Shown piece after piece: positions 36,863 through 47,094 of a stretch of DNA of 64,000 nucleotides (positions are counted from its first letter, which is position 1; each line of letters begins with the position of its first letter). Under the pieces are notes generated by a model. That model ran no database searches. It was given only the letters and a program-made list of their open reading frames with translations, and was not told the origin of the DNA. The DNA comes from a bacterium. GTDB taxonomy: Bacteria > Electryoneota > Electryoneia > Electryoneales > Electryoneaceae. The stretch is from the NCBI GenBank assembly GCA_020444265.1, contig JAHLLH010000014.1, positions 8,339 through 72,338 on the forward strand. Direction: 5' to 3'. The position numbers and the translations under genes are program-made.

Positions 36863-38077
36863 CTAGTGAGCGTGACCATCGCCAAATGCGCTTTTACCCT
36901 GCTCAGCCTTCAGTACGAACGCATTGTCTGACACATAGGTCTGGCCTGCCTCAAGCCCTTCCCTGATCTCAAGCAAGGAGCCATTTTCCATCCCGATCTG
37001 AACCTGCACCGGGTGGTATTCATCCCCCTCCTGAACGTAAAGGTGCGGTTCGTTCTCGAGCTGGACGAGGGCAGACTTGGGGACTGCTACCGCCACTTCG
37101 ACAGGTTCGGTGAAGACATGGATGGTGACAAACAGGCCGGGGTTGAACCGCCCGTCAACGTTGTCGATTTCGGCACGGACTCGCGCGGTACGAGTCTCTT
37201 CCCCGACAATGGGTCCCACGTAGTCGAGATAGCCTTCCGCTGTTGGAATGCCGTATCCTGCATCAATGCGCACCTTCATCCCTTTCCGAACCAACCCGAG
37301 ATCGCGTGGATAGAGGTCGCCTTCCACCCAAACCCTCGACAGATCGGCGATGACAAACCCTTCATCCATATCTCCGACACGCTGGCCATTCACCAGAGAC
37401 CGCCGAATCACTTCACCATCCATCGGGGCACGGAGTTCGTAATGGGAGAGTTCGAGGTTCTCCTCCTTCGGCAGCCTCGCAATACGATCCTCATCAATGT
37501 TCATGGCGTGCAGGGTCTGCTCCGCTGTACGCAGCTCGATTCGCGCCTGTTGAAGATCGCGTTCCGCAGACTGCAGCTCTTCGACCGAGGTGATCCCATC
37601 ATCATGCAATGATTTCACGCGCTGGTAGTTGGAATCGGCAAGACGCAGTTGTTCGAGGCTTTCGAGGTAGATCGATTTGGCGTCGGCAAGCTGCTGGCTG
37701 TGCAACACAGCGAGGACATCGCCCGCGCGTACATGATCTCCCTCACGTACGTTAATCTTCCAGACATTCCCCGGGACCAATGGTGTGACATGAGCCATAC
37801 GGTCCGTGTTAATCCGTACGTCGCCGGGGAGATCGATCTCGCGGTAGAGAGTCCCACTTCCGGCAATGGCGAGCTGGATGCCGAATTCCTCCAGCTGGTC
37901 CAGAGTGAAATGAACACCACTTTCACCCTCCTCATGATCATCAATCTCACCCGCTTCTTGCTCGTGGTCATGACCCTCATGGGAGTCGATCTCGTGGTTG
38001 CTTCGAGAACATCCTGCCAGTAAAAGCACAAGGGCGAGGAAGGCAATCCCTCGTATCGTCTTCATGTATGTCATCAT
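36863..38077 (-). CDS. efflux RND periplasmic adaptor (membrane-fusion protein) with His-rich termini
   Basis: Lipoprotein signal (LLLAGCS), N-terminal HEIDSHEGHDHEQEAGEIDDHEEGESG, C-terminal GDGHAH. Paralog of 18411..19985. Confidence 0.85.
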   Translation of the reverse strand: MMTYMKTIRGIAFLALVLLLAGCSRSNHEIDSHEGHDHEQEAGEIDDHEEGESGVHFTLDQLEEFGIQLAIAGSGTLYREIDLPGDVRINTDRMAHVTPLVPGNVWKINVREGDHVRAGDVLAVLHSQQLADAKSIYLESLEQLRLADSNYQRVKSLHDDGITSVEELQSAERDLQQARIELRTAEQTLHAMNIDEDRIARLPKEENLELSHYELRAPMDGEVIRRSLVNGQRVGDMDEGFVIADLSRVWVEGDLYPRDLGLVRKGMKVRIDAGYGIPTAEGYLDYVGPIVGEETRTARVRAEIDNVDGRFNPGLFVTIHVFTEPVEVAVAVPKSALVQLENEPHLYVQEGDEYHPVQVQIGMENGSLLEIREGLEAGQTYVSDNAFVLKAEQGKSAFGDGHAH

Positions 38078-39324
38078 CGGATATTCTCCCCCTCTTCGGG
38101 TTGCAGAATGGAACGACCCGAGAGGCTGTCAAGGGTGATGTGAGTGTGAACGAGATCGCGCAGGGTGTCGAGGTAGTCAAGACGACGTTCCAGCCAGGTG
38201 CGTTGTGCAACCAACACATCCACATAGGATGCCCGCCCGGCCGCGTAACTGGTTCGCGCAAGAGTGAGGACCTGCTCGCTGGTTGGCAGCAGAGTGGTTT
38301 GGAAGGTGGAAGCACGTTCTCGCCTCGCGAGATAGACCTCGACCTGCTCCTCCCAATCTGCCTGCATTTCGAGTTCAAGTTGACGGGTGTCGCTTTGGGC
38401 AATCCGTTCCCGCGCCACCGCCGCTTGATGTTCTCCGACTCCACCTAAGGCGAACCAGAAGGGGATACTCATCCCGATCTCGCCCCCCCATTGGGAAGCT
38501 TCTGAATCCGTCGGGAGATGCTGACGAAACCCACGTATCTCGAAGGTCGGCAACCAACCGTTCGCGGCGATGGTCCGATCTCGTTCACGAGCGGTTACTT
38601 CTTGTCTCGACCACATCAGTCTGGGGCTTCTCTGCCACTCCGTCGACAGTGCCTCGGGTAGCCAGATAGAATCATAGGGAGCCGCCAGTGGCCGACGAGG
38701 ATCGTCCTGACCGGTCAAGGCTTTCAAATGTGCCCAGCAACCCTTCAGACGAGCTCGTTCAACCTGTAAATCCGCTTGAACCTCAGCCGCTTCGGCATGG
38801 GCACGGCTCGCATCAAGGTCCGGGATTCGACCCACCTCATTCATGCGCTGGAATGTGTTCGCCTGGCTGTCAACACTAGCGGCAAAGGTTGTCAAGATCA
38901 CCAGGCGTTCCTGCTCATACCAGGCATCTGCAAAGGCACGTCTCACCTGGTGCTCGAGGTCGAGCAGCATGCTCTTCCGCTGCTGACGCGCCGATTCGAC
39001 TCGAGCATTTTCCCGCTGCAACCGCCAGACCGTACGCAAAGGAAAATCAAAGTCCTGCTGAACTGCGATCCGTCGCTCTTCATACTCACCGAACCCCGCA
39101 CCGGAAGGAATCCCTTCCAGCTCGTAGCTCACTTTTGGTGCTTCCGGGGAAAGGGTAGCACGTCTTGTACCATGTGCTTCTGCTTCGATCGCATCAGCTC
39201 GTTCACTTGCCGGGTGGTTCTCCAGCGCCGCGCGAGCGGCCTGCTGGACAGTCCAGGGAGTGGTGGCAGCGGCCATACTCCAACCCATGACCAGACCCAG
39301 GACGACCACAAACAATCGTCTCAT
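38074..39324 (-). CDS. TolC-family outer membrane efflux protein (CzcC-like), cluster 2
   Basis: Signal peptide MRRLFVVVLGLVMGWSMAAA. Overlaps the start of the membrane-fusion gene. Paralog of 17173..18399. Confidence 0.8.
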   Translation of the reverse strand: MRRLFVVVLGLVMGWSMAAATTPWTVQQAARAALENHPASERADAIEAEAHGTRRATLSPEAPKVSYELEGIPSGAGFGEYEERRIAVQQDFDFPLRTVWRLQRENARVESARQQRKSMLLDLEHQVRRAFADAWYEQERLVILTTFAASVDSQANTFQRMNEVGRIPDLDASRAHAEAAEVQADLQVERARLKGCWAHLKALTGQDDPRRPLAAPYDSIWLPEALSTEWQRSPRLMWSRQEVTARERDRTIAANGWLPTFEIRGFRQHLPTDSEASQWGGEIGMSIPFWFALGGVGEHQAAVARERIAQSDTRQLELEMQADWEEQVEVYLARRERASTFQTTLLPTSEQVLTLARTSYAAGRASYVDVLVAQRTWLERRLDYLDTLRDLVHTHITLDSLSGRSILQPEEGENIR

Positions 39325-39417
39325 GATATACAACCTCTGTTCACCGACAGAGATTTCCCATCGGTGGATGTTCACGTAAACCGTTTAAAGTCAATTTGAA
39401 TAAAGGAGGAGCTGAGA

Positions 39418-39939
39418 TCAGCTCAGCAGAACCACTGTGAGGTCCGACGTGGGGTTGGACAGCGCGAAATGACTCGCTTCTTGAATGAGGGAGGCAGAAG
39501 GAGTGTAGAGTACAGATGCAGAGGAAAGAGTAGGATTGCCAATCACGGCCAAACGAGTTTCAAGCGGCTTTGGCTTGGGTTGCGAGCGATCCAGGTGGAA
39601 TCTCCCAAGCTTGATCACGACATCCGAACAGGGATGCAAATCGTCCATGTGATTGGCAGGATTATCGAAATGAAGATCATCGTCCGTGCAGGATGGTGCG
39701 ATGAGGGATTGCTCGCAGAATGCATTGATGCTCGACTCGTAGGCCACATGTCCGCTGGACGTACCCGTGCAGAGCATGATCAGCCCATCTCCCGCGAGGG
39801 AGAAGAAGAGGCTGAACAACAGCAAAGGTACCAAAACCAGTCGAATACGACCCACGAACGTCCTCCATCTGCCTGACACGCTTGAGTATACGGTGTGACT
39901 ACGAAGCTGTTCCACTCTTGGGAGACATGTAGGAGACAT
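39418..39939 (-). CDS. small Cys/His-containing secreted or membrane protein, a putative metal-binding accessory of czc cluster 2 (start uncertain)
   Basis: Hydrophobic leader LVLVPLLLFSLFFSLAG. C-terminal region ...TRLAVIGNPTLSSASVLYTPSASL... resembles ...TRILTGSTHLSSPLLTLVGRVTIPS... of the cluster-1 His-rich protein. Confidence 0.45.
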   Translation of the reverse strand: MSPTCLPRVEQLRSHTVYSSVSGRWRTFVGRIRLVLVPLLLFSLFFSLAGDGLIMLCTGTSSGHVAYESSINAFCEQSLIAPSCTDDDLHFDNPANHMDDLHPCSDVVIKLGRFHLDRSQPKPKPLETRLAVIGNPTLSSASVLYTPSASLIQEASHFALSNPTSDLTVVLLS

Positions 39940-40019
39940 CTGCCCTCGATAGTCCGAAGGGATCGTTTCGTCTTTGTTCTGCTATATCTTACTACCGACG
40001 ATAATCACGGGAGGATTGC

Positions 40020-40313
40020 ATGAAACGAGCATTGTTACTGGGGGTGTTGCTGCTGATGATCATGCTGGTTGCCGGTTGTGCAGCGGGGCCCAATGGTTTT
40101 GAAGATCAAGCGGACGGAAACGGCGATCTGGCTGGGTTCTGGATGGGCCTCTGGCACGGCTTCATTATCTTTTTCAGCTTCATCATTTCGCTGTTCAATG
40201 ATGCCGTCCAGGTATATGAGGTTCACAACACTGGCGGCTGGTACAATTTCGGCTTCCTGCTGGGAGCATCCGCCTTCTTTGGCGGTGGCGGGAAAGCAAG
40301 CTGCAAGAGGTAG
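40020..40313 (+). CDS. small lipoprotein/membrane protein, hypothetical
   Basis: Lipobox LVAGC followed by a hydrophobic helix. Confidence 0.5.
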   Translation: MKRALLLGVLLLMIMLVAGCAAGPNGFEDQADGNGDLAGFWMGLWHGFIIFFSFIISLFNDAVQVYEVHNTGGWYNFGFLLGASAFFGGGGKASCKR

Positions 40314-40393
40314 AGTGTCCATCATACGTCATACAAAACGCCCCTCGAGCAGATCGGGGGGCGTATTTCGTGTGTACAATATGGTACTTCAGG

Positions 40394-40681
40394 CTACGAG
40401 GCGGTCACCTGACGTTCATTCATCAGGTTCTGCAGCTCGATCCCCTTATTGAACTTCACCACAAGATCGAGATGAGTCGTATACCCAGAATGGTTGTCGC
40501 AGAGCCACGAGTAGAGGAGCGTGTCGATCAACTTCTCGGCGCTCGCAAATTCTCCCCTGGCAATCATCGTTTCCGCGACAATACGAACGTCGCTCAGAAT
40601 CGTGTTCAATTCTTCCTTCTCCACCCGCTTCGGAGCGGGTGCCTCAAGGATCTCGAACAAACGTGCTTCAAGTGCTGGCAT
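40394..40681 (-). CDS. hypothetical protein (95 aa)
   Basis: ORF with protein-like composition. No family recognised. Confidence 0.35.
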   Translation of the reverse strand: MPALEARLFEILEAPAPKRVEKEELNTILSDVRIVAETMIARGEFASAEKLIDTLLYSWLCDNHSGYTTHLDLVVKFNKGIELQNLMNERQVTAS

Positions 40682-41074
40682 TGGACTTTCCCCTTCACTG
40701 CTTATTCATGCTACCAGGTTTCCCTGTATAGCTGGAATGGAACAGATACCATCTGTCCCCACGCCATTCCTGTATCAAGTGTACGTGACTTGTCTAACTG
40801 ATCGTGTGACCCAGTTCACTCCGGCTGTTAAGAGCCCCAAAAACTCGTAATACTGTCTCTCCGAGTAGATCCTTGCACCCTGAAATGCAACATAAGGTTC
40901 CCCTGTTTTCTCCAATTGGTACCAAGAGAATTCGCAGGCTGCCCGTAGATCATTTTGGACTGCAAGAATGGGCTCTCCCTGTTTCCAAATGATGCGATTT
41001 TTGTTTGAAATGTGCGAAAAAGAGTTGCTGGAGCAGAAAAAGAGCTGAATCGCTTCGCCGGATGTGACGATCTA

Positions 41075-42211
41075 CTAGTTCTTTGAGGCGAGACCAATGG
41101 GACTGAAAGTCCAGCTCAGTCCCATGGCAAACTGGTTGTGCTCCTGGATCAGGACCGTGAAGCCGGGTGCCCACTTGTGGCGAGTCAGCACCCCAGGATA
41201 GACATTGAGGCGAGTTTTGTAACCGCGCGCACCACCAAAGATAACTGAGGCAAGCAGTGAGTTGTTGCGGTCCAGAAATATCCCGCTGGTGACAATCAAG
41301 GTCGCGGACTCGACACGGACACCGTTGCTCCCGGTTACATCCGACTTGATATCCTTCACCGCCCAGCCGCCACCGACTGAAATTGTATTTTGTGAATCAA
41401 GGCGATACGAGCCCCCGACCATCCCTTCCGTACCCGTCAGGTAAAAAATGCCATATCGGTCCGCCCACGGGAGGAAATATTTGAACGAGAACTTCATCCC
41501 GCTGTTGAGCAGTTCTCCCGTCCCCGGCACATAAACCGCCTGGAAAGGCCATGCGGTGAGATTCAAATCATGCGCGAAAAAGGTGGCCACCCTTGGATTG
41601 CTGAAGAGGATATAAGCTGCTGGCCCGAAGATGTAGAGGTCTGCAATTGGATCAACTGTCGGCGCGTCGTAGTGACGGATTTCCATCACCTCGTTCAAGT
41701 AGTGCATCCCGATGTTGGCAGCGAGGGACCAGGCATGGGGATAGGGGTAGCCATGGTACTCAAAGTATTCAGTCGCGGCGACATGCAGCATCCCGCCACC
41801 AATCAGATGAAGCTTGTAATTGGGCCAGTACTGGACATCCGTCATCCGAACACTTGTCGGAATAACTTCCGTCCGTAGAAAACGATCCCACCCGATTTTC
41901 CCAATGACATAACCAGGCCGTTCAAGGTTCCACATCAGGTTGCGATGGGCTTCGTAGAAGGGAAATTCCGCCAGGTTGTTATTACGGTTGGTAATCTGCA
42001 TGATGGCCATCGAGTAACCGATGGTCATCGAGAAGGGATTAAACGACGCCTCGGTACCATAGCTATAGCCGTGGTAGTAAAGGTTGTCGAGGTTCGGTTC
42101 CCGTTCCTCGGCTTGCAGCATCCCCGGAAGCAGAAGCACGAGGAAGAGGGCAACCCCGAACCAACGGGACCCAGATGTCTGTGTGTCGGGGGGACACATC
42201 GGCTTATGCAA
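41075..42211 (-). CDS. hypothetical secreted/outer-membrane protein
   Basis: Signal-peptide-like segment WFGVALFLVLLLPGMLQA. Tyr/Gly-rich beta-type composition. A 13-bp inverted repeat (CCAATGGGACTGA/TCAGTCCCATGG) overlaps its 3' end. Confidence 0.5.
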   Translation of the reverse strand: MHKPMCPPDTQTSGSRWFGVALFLVLLLPGMLQAEEREPNLDNLYYHGYSYGTEASFNPFSMTIGYSMAIMQITNRNNNLAEFPFYEAHRNLMWNLERPGYVIGKIGWDRFLRTEVIPTSVRMTDVQYWPNYKLHLIGGGMLHVAATEYFEYHGYPYPHAWSLAANIGMHYLNEVMEIRHYDAPTVDPIADLYIFGPAAYILFSNPRVATFFAHDLNLTAWPFQAVYVPGTGELLNSGMKFSFKYFLPWADRYGIFYLTGTEGMVGGSYRLDSQNTISVGGGWAVKDIKSDVTGSNGVRVESATLIVTSGIFLDRNNSLLASVIFGGARGYKTRLNVYPGVLTRHKWAPGFTVLIQEHNQFAMGLSWTFSPIGLASKN

Positions 42212-42505
42212 CTCCGGTCGATCAGAACGTCAGGCACATCGAGAGGTGATGGAAACGCATCACATCGGGGCCAACCACGGTTCAGCAGGTCACGAATATA
42301 CGTTAGAACCTCGGTAGAACCCATCGTTGTGACATGAAACACTCGGAGGAGGACGAAACTCCGTTCCTTGTTGGTTCTTCCACCGTTCAAACCGTTTTGG
42401 CCCGACGGGCTCCCTCTGACTGACAGAGTTGATTCTCAAGCGTGGGCTGTTTGTATTTCAATTCCTCTCTGCTACATTTCCGCTAAGCCATTGTGAATGC
42501 CAATC

Positions 42506-42543
42506 TTACGTAATTCTGTAAGCGAATTACAACATTACAGTAA
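42506..42543. promoter_or_regulatory. candidate operator upstream of the acyl-CoA ligase gene: palindrome TTACGTAA plus inverted repeat CTGTAA-N13-TTACAG
   Basis: Read directly in the AT-richer leader, about 40 bp upstream of the start codon at 42568. Confidence 0.3.
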
Positions 42544-42567
42544 ACCTTTGTCGTGGAGTGATCGGCG

Positions 42568-44310
42568 ATGCACGTCTTCGAAAGCAAGTTGTTGCCTGCC
42601 AAAGAGCTGTTTCCCCTGGGTGAACTGGCGGGACGTAGCGCAACCCGTTATGGCAACAAACCCGCCATGCGCGCAAAGCGTGATGAAAAGTGGCATGAGT
42701 GGACCTACAACGATCTCGCGGAAAAGGTCAACGCACTTGCGAAATGGTTGATCGAGGTCGGCATCCAGCCGGGCGATCATGTGGCAGTGGTTGGGGAGAA
42801 CAGTCCCCAATGGGAAGCCAGCTACCTGGGTATCCAGCGTGCTGGTGCGGTCTGCATCCCGATTGACCGGATGTTGCCCGCCTCCGGGATTCGTCACATC
42901 CTCGCCGATTCTGGCAGCCGTCTTCTCTTCGCCGACCCCCATTTTCTAAGCATGCTTGGGGAAGTCGAAGGTGTCCCGACCCTCAAACGGACGATCTCGC
43001 TGCACGAAACCGTCTCGAGCACGCCGCATACCTTCAGCGCGCTTGTCGAAGCAGGCCAGGCCCTGGACCATGCGTTTCCCTCCCGCGATCTGGACGATCT
43101 CGCGGCCATCCTCTATACGTCAGGAACCACCGGCCACTCGAAAGGTGTGATGCTTTCCTCGCGCAACATTCTTTCGAATGCGATGGCCGCCGGACGAGTC
43201 TTCGCCTGCACACCGGATGATGTCTTCCTCTCTGTTCTGCCGGTCCACCACAGTTTTGAAGCAACCGCCGGGTTCATTTTCCCGCTCTTCAACGGGGCCA
43301 GCATCAGCTTTGCTCCCAGCCTTGCCGGACCGGAAATTGTCGCTTCGATCCGTGAAACAGGCGTCACCTACATGTGCGGCGTGCCACTGCTGTTTGAAAA
43401 GATGCAGGCAGGCGTGCTGCGCAACGTGCGCAAAGCAGGCAAACGCAAGGAGCGGTTGTTCCACACGATGATGAAGGTGGTTGCGGCGGGTGAAAAGCTG
43501 GGCCTCAAGCTGGGTGTCCCGATTTTCCGTGGTATGCGTGAACAGGCAGGTCTGTCCAGCATTCGCTACTTCCTCTCCGCCGGTGGTCCGCTCGACCCGG
43601 AGATCGGACAGTTCTTCAACCGTCTCGGCCTGACCACGTTCCAGGGCTATGGCCTCACCGAAACCAGCCCCTGCACCCACTTGTCGCCGGATTGGAAGAT
43701 TCGCCATGAGTGCGTTGGCCCCGCCCTTCCAGGTGTCGAGTGCAAGATCCTCAAGCCGGATGCCCAGGGGATCGGCGAAGTCTGTGTCAAGGGTCCGAAT
43801 GTCTTCCTCGGCTACTACAAAAACCCGGAGGCGACGGCGGCCTGTTTCACTGAGGATGGCTGGTTCCGTACCGGCGACCTCGGGATCGAGCACTCGGATG
43901 GCTACCTGCAGATCACAGGTCGTGCCAAGGCGCTGATTGTAACGGCGGGCGGAAAAAATGTCTTCCCGGAAGAGCTGGAGTTCTACCTCAACCGGATGCG
44001 TTTCATCGCCGAATCGGTCGTTGTTGGCATCAAGCGCAAGTTGGGTGTCGGCGAGGAAGTGGGCGCGTTGATCTATCCAGACTACGAACAGATCGACCTG
44101 CATGACGAGGAGACCGGGAAAAAGTCTACCGCCGATGACATTCGCCAAATGGTCAGCGATGAGATCAAGAAGGCGATGAAGCAGGTGGCGGAATACAAGA
44201 AGATCAAAACGTTCCGTGTCTTCGACAGCGAGTTCCAGAAAACCACCAAACGCACGATCAAACGGTTCCTCTACAATGGTGATATGATCGAGATGGAGGG
44301 GCAGAATTAG
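42568..44310 (+). CDS. AMP-dependent synthetase/ligase (long-chain-fatty-acid--CoA ligase-like)
   Basis: AMP-binding signature LYTSGTTGHSKGV, plus the TGD and GGKN motifs of adenylate-forming enzymes. Confidence 0.85.
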   Translation: MHVFESKLLPAKELFPLGELAGRSATRYGNKPAMRAKRDEKWHEWTYNDLAEKVNALAKWLIEVGIQPGDHVAVVGENSPQWEASYLGIQRAGAVCIPIDRMLPASGIRHILADSGSRLLFADPHFLSMLGEVEGVPTLKRTISLHETVSSTPHTFSALVEAGQALDHAFPSRDLDDLAAILYTSGTTGHSKGVMLSSRNILSNAMAAGRVFACTPDDVFLSVLPVHHSFEATAGFIFPLFNGASISFAPSLAGPEIVASIRETGVTYMCGVPLLFEKMQAGVLRNVRKAGKRKERLFHTMMKVVAAGEKLGLKLGVPIFRGMREQAGLSSIRYFLSAGGPLDPEIGQFFNRLGLTTFQGYGLTETSPCTHLSPDWKIRHECVGPALPGVECKILKPDAQGIGEVCVKGPNVFLGYYKNPEATAACFTEDGWFRTGDLGIEHSDGYLQITGRAKALIVTAGGKNVFPEELEFYLNRMRFIAESVVVGIKRKLGVGEEVGALIYPDYEQIDLHDEETGKKSTADDIRQMVSDEIKKAMKQVAEYKKIKTFRVFDSEFQKTTKRTIKRFLYNGDMIEMEGQN

Positions 44311-44312
44311 AG

Positions 44313-44645
44313 GTGGTCATTACCCCGGACTTGATTCGGGGTCCTGAAAATGATCTTCGCCAGCAGGATGGATACTGGATCCCGGATCAAGCCGGGATGA
44401 CAGACAAAGTGGCCCAGGGCTTCAGCCCTGGGCCACTCTCTTGCGAAACAAAGGAAATCCGGGCTACAAGATTGCCCGGTACAGATCTATACACCCTACT
44501 TCCTTTTGCGGGTACGTGTGAACACGTTCTGTCAGGCCTCCTGACCTGACAGAAATGCGACAGGTCGGGAGACCTGCCGCAACAAGGGACGTAAGACTTT
44601 CCTGCCGGGATTGAAACCCGGGCAGGGGACTGCCCGGGCCACACG
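44313..44645. repeat. intergenic hairpin-repeat cluster (CCCCGGACTTGATTCGGGG; family D; two AAACCCGGGC...GCCCGGG terminator hairpins)
   Basis: Several inverted repeats that recur elsewhere in the window. Confidence 0.45.
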
Positions 44646-44649
44646 ATTG

Positions 44650-46431
44650 TTACTTCCCTTTACGTGGGGAACGAGTCACCTTGCCGTCGCGTCGTTGCAA
44701 GTCTCGCGGCTTGCGATTGTCGCGTGGTTTGCGACTGCCACGTGATGCGGTGTGCCGCACAGGGTTGATTGAAATCTTCAGCGGTTGGCCGACCACTTTG
44801 ACCCGTCCCAACTCATCCATCACGTCCTCAGGCATCCCATCCGGCAGATCGACGACGCTGAACTGGTCCTCGATGATGATCTTGCCGACATACTTGCCAT
44901 CCAACCCCGCCTCATTGGTGATTGCGCCGACCAGGTTGCCCGCCTTGACACCGTGCGCATGCCCCACCTCAACACGGTACTGGACCATCGTGTATTCATC
45001 GATCCGTTCAGGTTCCGAAGGGCGATCTTTCCTGGTGCGGGGACGTGAGGCTCCATTATCCCCCGCCGAATTCGTTCTGCGGGGTTTGGTCTCCACACTT
45101 TCGACCATCGTCTTCACGGGCGATTGCCCGGCGCTCAGCAGATGCAATGCAGCTGCTGCGATGGTTTCAGCATCCAATTTTATAGTCGCGGCGAGCTGGT
45201 GGACCATGGACTCGTAGCTGCTCAAATCATTCGATTTGACCACCCCTTCGAGCCGTCCAACCAATTGCTCGAGACGTTTCTGGGCGAGGTCTTCCGCCTT
45301 CGGCATCTCGTAGACACCGATCCCCTGGCGGGTTGCCTTCTCAATTGTGCGTAGCATGCTCTTGTCACGATGCGACATGAAAATGATCGCCTCGCCGGTG
45401 CGTCCCGCACGACCTGTTCTCCCAACGCGATGGATGTACGCTTCCGCATCGTGAGGAATATCGTAGTTGATCACATGGCTGATGCGCTCCACATCGAGGC
45501 CGCGCGCTGCGACATCGGTCGCCACCAGCACATTGATCCTGCCCGCTTTGAGGTTGTCAACCGTTCGTTCACGTTGATTTTGCGGGATGTCACCGTTCAA
45601 CGGTGCCGCATTGAAGCCACGTCCCACCAGTTTCTCCGCCAGTTCAACGGTCGCATTTCGTGTCCGGACAAAGACAATCACCCCCTCGGTCGTTTCCACC
45701 TCGAGGATACGGCTCAGCGCATCGAGCTTGTGCATCCCCTTGATCAGCCAGTAGCGCTGGTTGATGGTGGCCGCAGTGGTGGTTTTTGTTTTGACGGTGA
45801 TTTCCAACGGCGACTGCATGAATCGTTTCGCGATTTTGCGGATGCCGGCCGAAATGGTCGCTGAAAAGAGGGCCATCTGACGCTTTTCCGGGGCACGTTC
45901 CAGGATCCATTCAACATCCTCCTGGAAGCCCATTTGCAGCATCTCATCGGCCTCGTCCAGCACGATGCAGCTGATCTGATCGAGACGCAGGGTTTCGCGA
46001 CGCATGTGGTCCATGACACGGCCCGGTGTGCCGACGATGATCTGTGCCCCCTTTTTTAAGGCACGAGTCTGGTCACGCATGTTCGCACCGCCATACACCG
46101 GCAGGATGCTGACGTTTTTGAGGAACATGGAGAACTGCTCGAAGGCGTCCGCCACCTGGATGGCGAGTTCACGCGTCGGGGTCAGGACAAGCACCTGCGG
46201 TGCTTTAAGCTGTGGGTCGAGGTAGTTCAATAGTGGTAGAGCGAAAGCGGCTGTTTTGCCTGTACCGGTCTGTGCCTGGCCAAGAATGTCCTGTCCCGCC
46301 AGCATCGGCGCGATGGTTTGTTCCTGGATGGTGGTCGGTTCGGTGTAGCCGAGGTGGTCGACAGCACGCAGGAGTGCGGTGCCGAGGCCCAGAGATTCGA
46401 ATCCGGGCAGAGTGGTGCCTTGATCTGACAT
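44650..46431 (-). CDS. deaD: DEAD-box ATP-dependent RNA helicase (DeaD/CsdA-like) with a C-terminal DbpA-type domain and an R/K-rich tail
   Basis: Q-motif, AQTGTGKT, DEAD and SAT motifs, and a C-terminal Arg-rich tail. Confidence 0.9.
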   Translation of the reverse strand: MSDQGTTLPGFESLGLGTALLRAVDHLGYTEPTTIQEQTIAPMLAGQDILGQAQTGTGKTAAFALPLLNYLDPQLKAPQVLVLTPTRELAIQVADAFEQFSMFLKNVSILPVYGGANMRDQTRALKKGAQIIVGTPGRVMDHMRRETLRLDQISCIVLDEADEMLQMGFQEDVEWILERAPEKRQMALFSATISAGIRKIAKRFMQSPLEITVKTKTTTAATINQRYWLIKGMHKLDALSRILEVETTEGVIVFVRTRNATVELAEKLVGRGFNAAPLNGDIPQNQRERTVDNLKAGRINVLVATDVAARGLDVERISHVINYDIPHDAEAYIHRVGRTGRAGRTGEAIIFMSHRDKSMLRTIEKATRQGIGVYEMPKAEDLAQKRLEQLVGRLEGVVKSNDLSSYESMVHQLAATIKLDAETIAAAALHLLSAGQSPVKTMVESVETKPRRTNSAGDNGASRPRTRKDRPSEPERIDEYTMVQYRVEVGHAHGVKAGNLVGAITNEAGLDGKYVGKIIIEDQFSVVDLPDGMPEDVMDELGRVKVVGQPLKISINPVRHTASRGSRKPRDNRKPRDLQRRDGKVTRSPRKGK

Positions 46432-46539
46432 GGTTGTGTCCTGTTATGGGTTCAGCGCAAACTGCGCTGTGACGAGCACCTTTCGCGATGCTCGAATCCA
46501 TGCTTCCCATAACACACAACGCTACCAACTCGTGGTCAG

Positions 46540-46990
46540 GCGATGAATCTCTGGTTGGTATCCCGGGTTGAGCCACGATCACTCACTCGGGAGATAGACC
46601 AAATACGATGGGGTCGATGGATTGCGCCGGATGAAATACATCCGGAATCTGTCCGGCAATTGTACGACAATGACACGCTGTATCCTAGCGGTATTTCATC
46701 GGGTTGGAGCATTGGTACGATCCTCCCAAGGATGTGTTCCGGCCGGGCCTGTCCTATCCGTCCCACGTTGTCATCCCCAGCTCGCATGCCTGCTTCAGCG
46801 GGCACGTGACCGAAGGGAACTCGCCAAAGGCGAGCGAGCGTCGGGGATTCCCTGGGGCTGTGAACCAAGGTGTGTTCCTCAACCAACGGGGATGCCCGAC
46901 GCCCCCAACAGCAACACCGTGCCGGTAATTACCGGCATGGGGCCTGGGCATGACAGGTTATTGAAGAGATGAAGGCGCCTACCATGGCCC
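46540..46990. repeat. family-E composite repeat (GTCATCCCCAGCTCGCA..., GTGACCGAAGGGAAC...); related copies at 55806-55930, 57705-57900, 60550-60690 and 63980-64000
   Basis: Shared sequence blocks visible across five intergenic regions. Confidence 0.4.
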
Positions 46991-47094
46991 TGCGCTACGC
47001 TCCTGGCAAGGACGTAGGTTCGTAACTAATTTTAGATTTGGCTGTCCTAACCCTATTCCGCGAGCCGAACCAACAGCGAGAATAAGGGAAGGGA

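Noticed and set aside
16432-40000. Classical integrative genomic island at tRNA-Ser
   Set aside because: No integrase, excisionase or direct repeat of the tRNA 3' end could be found by eye. I therefore call it only a tRNA-adjacent accessory block, not an integrative element.
40800-41100. Small overlapping minus-strand ORFs 40828..41097 and 40950..41174 in a lower-GC stretch
   Set aside because: Their translations are low-complexity, and they overlap each other and the 3' hairpin of the neighbouring gene. This is probably non-coding or a degraded remnant.
43120-44148. 342-aa minus-strand ORF
   Set aside because: Antisense to the AMP-ligase gene 42568..44310.
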